Source of the DNA: Nemertoderma westbladi
Taxonomy: Eukaryota > Animalia > Xenacoelomorpha
Reading direction: 5' to 3'
Length of the DNA stretch: 45,526 nucleotides
Assembly: GCA_032718475.1 (NCBI GenBank)
Contig: JAUCBJ010000039.1
Coordinates: forward strand, 1-45,526
Under the pieces are notes generated by a model, which saw nothing but the letters and a program-made list of their open reading frames with translations, did not search any database and had not been told where the DNA came from. Within the stretch, counting starts at the first letter, position 1. Each line of letters begins with the position of its first letter. A program made the position numbers and the translations under genes. Positions 45,301 to 45,526 of this stretch are shown in pieces.

Positions 45301-45526
45301 TTTTGACCTTAATAATTTGGTCTGTAGGTTCTATACTACTCAAGTCTGTGCTAGCTAGTTGTCTTCTAACAGCTGGGGGCAAATCAGGCAATTTGTGACG
45401 GTAAGATGTTTTTCTACGCCTACTTAGATGAGATCTATTTCCTCCGCCTTCAGGATCGGTGGTCTCGCCTTCCTCCGATGATGTGTATCCCTGGCGTTTG
45501 GGAGTAGATCGACTCATCATCTGCAT
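42323..45526 (-). CDS. gag: Gag-protease fusion ORF of element 2 (>1067 aa, open); RT, most of RNase H and integrase deleted in frame
   Basis: Three zinc knuckles and LLDSGSTG retained; SSDNDDI joins (via NSN) IDQWRHC; EKV joins TQQLNRP. Confidence 0.93.
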   Translation of the reverse strand: MQMMSRSTPKRQGYTSSEEGETTDPEGGGNRSHLSRRRKTSYRHKLPDLPPAVRRQLASTDLSSIEPTDQIIKVKRLPTIVDEPEIIRPVVPKVTPVLETPVLPELNSKFPLHSTTLPVPGGAVHANTPVQIAEREINNLSPVVPRQPATMLATPASAVEWVEEGRRGMNLLLGQMQETVHQLKGTVREGRAELQEVQQSIALERDKLVNIQKGIPIPPVTLCQPVRSEVLHAQGVEPTRIYTASEVETPITNPIKGDYRPVINDIPYRPDNDPRNLYTDNSILNNTMAQESFTRQMARTEARQAVKVGEIVKFNGDEMKWLPFNEYYKDSIQNSVLSNGEKLRFLIKCLEGPPKLMALKFIGHPDGLRQVWDTLNIRYGNKDNIAKYLYAKLVAPRHFLSSGIIEFSDEIQEICRQLDWLGKSHEYQSSMVIGAVVSTLPKGGVCTRWDKKVLYMNEQQRRSPTMADLMSFLDSEVKLQLIRQSREKTSENKVSEKPVSRRRIIPVCYTDDGESQASQEEDSGKDTERSYYDNKTYKDVSKYKSRTSDRREQVTTTPPTSPKRIHGRKPEERTRVQNVNQVKVSNIKPKCALCDGPHRLSACAEFLKKSMADRRGVLWDKRLCYNCLRRGHQRRTCYSDARCAKCGAKHHSLLHTEFERNSPSQVSEPKSHVQFSDVNDTDQSSEWEGFYTDEFSDANESCYLINTAVYRALTYEKDTTNEFPPTTFDKQPSWKTPTSNVGIREFPVVQVRVHGPNHSYIVNALLDSGSTGTFIDQELAEDIFAGQPKFRTKLNMSGIMQVWKSTLTADYYVGVLSTPQDKSGSQGIRSVKMVAIKNFATTQADLYNLDEDESIQHLKVPRFQTDYPGVQILIGQNAHEALETLEKRPAQPQPLQTYAVRTRVGWYFTGPSRRTLKERLPQQQVYQVKEWEVESSDVDDPTEGTPYSSDNDDINSNIDQWRHCLGTINPADIVSRGATPQELIDTPGWLGGSDFLSKEEEEWPPHLTPAEIRQAKGSEKVTQQLNRPAGRLCLLERDQKLSGNYGRQDTLPTTTSLIRQISRDSIT

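Larger units (their letters stand above)
37943..45526 (-). mobile_element. BEL/Pao element 2: non-autonomous deletion derivative; 5' part lies outside the window
   Basis: 3' LTR, PPT, accessory ORF, 1.6-kb spacer and gag-pro are all colinear with element 1. Confidence 0.95.

Overview
Eukaryotic, AT-rich window made almost entirely of nested transposable elements. I see no host gene, tRNA, rRNA or CRISPR array. The backbone is a large BEL/Pao LTR retrotransposon family present four times. (1) A complete but decayed minus-strand element at 1793-28462, with ~1.2-kb TG...CA LTRs and a 5-bp TSD GGCGG. (2) A plus-strand solo LTR at 30276-31448 with TSD GACAG. (3) An older plus-strand LTR fragment at 37419-37942, interrupted by (4). 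(4) A second minus-strand element, 37943 to the window end, with an open Gag-protease ORF from which RT and integrase are deleted in frame. Element 1 carries two APE-type LINEs (one with a Ulp1/C48-like protease domain in ORF1) and a Helentron-like non-autonomous insert. Between the BEL copies lie a foldback-type TIR element (8-bp TSD) and a head-to-tail array of Helentron-like units. The most unusual feature is the 3' module shared by both BEL copies. It consists of a ~1.6-kb non-coding spacer after pol, rich in covarying stems and holding a duplicated ~135-nt pseudoknot motif and a 98-nt near-invariant block. The spacer is followed by a non-env accessory ORF (~480-520 codons) whose ends are conserved while the zinc-knuckle-containing middle differs completely between the copies. 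Element 1 also lacks a tRNA-type PBS and may self-prime. All alignments and foldings were done by eye.
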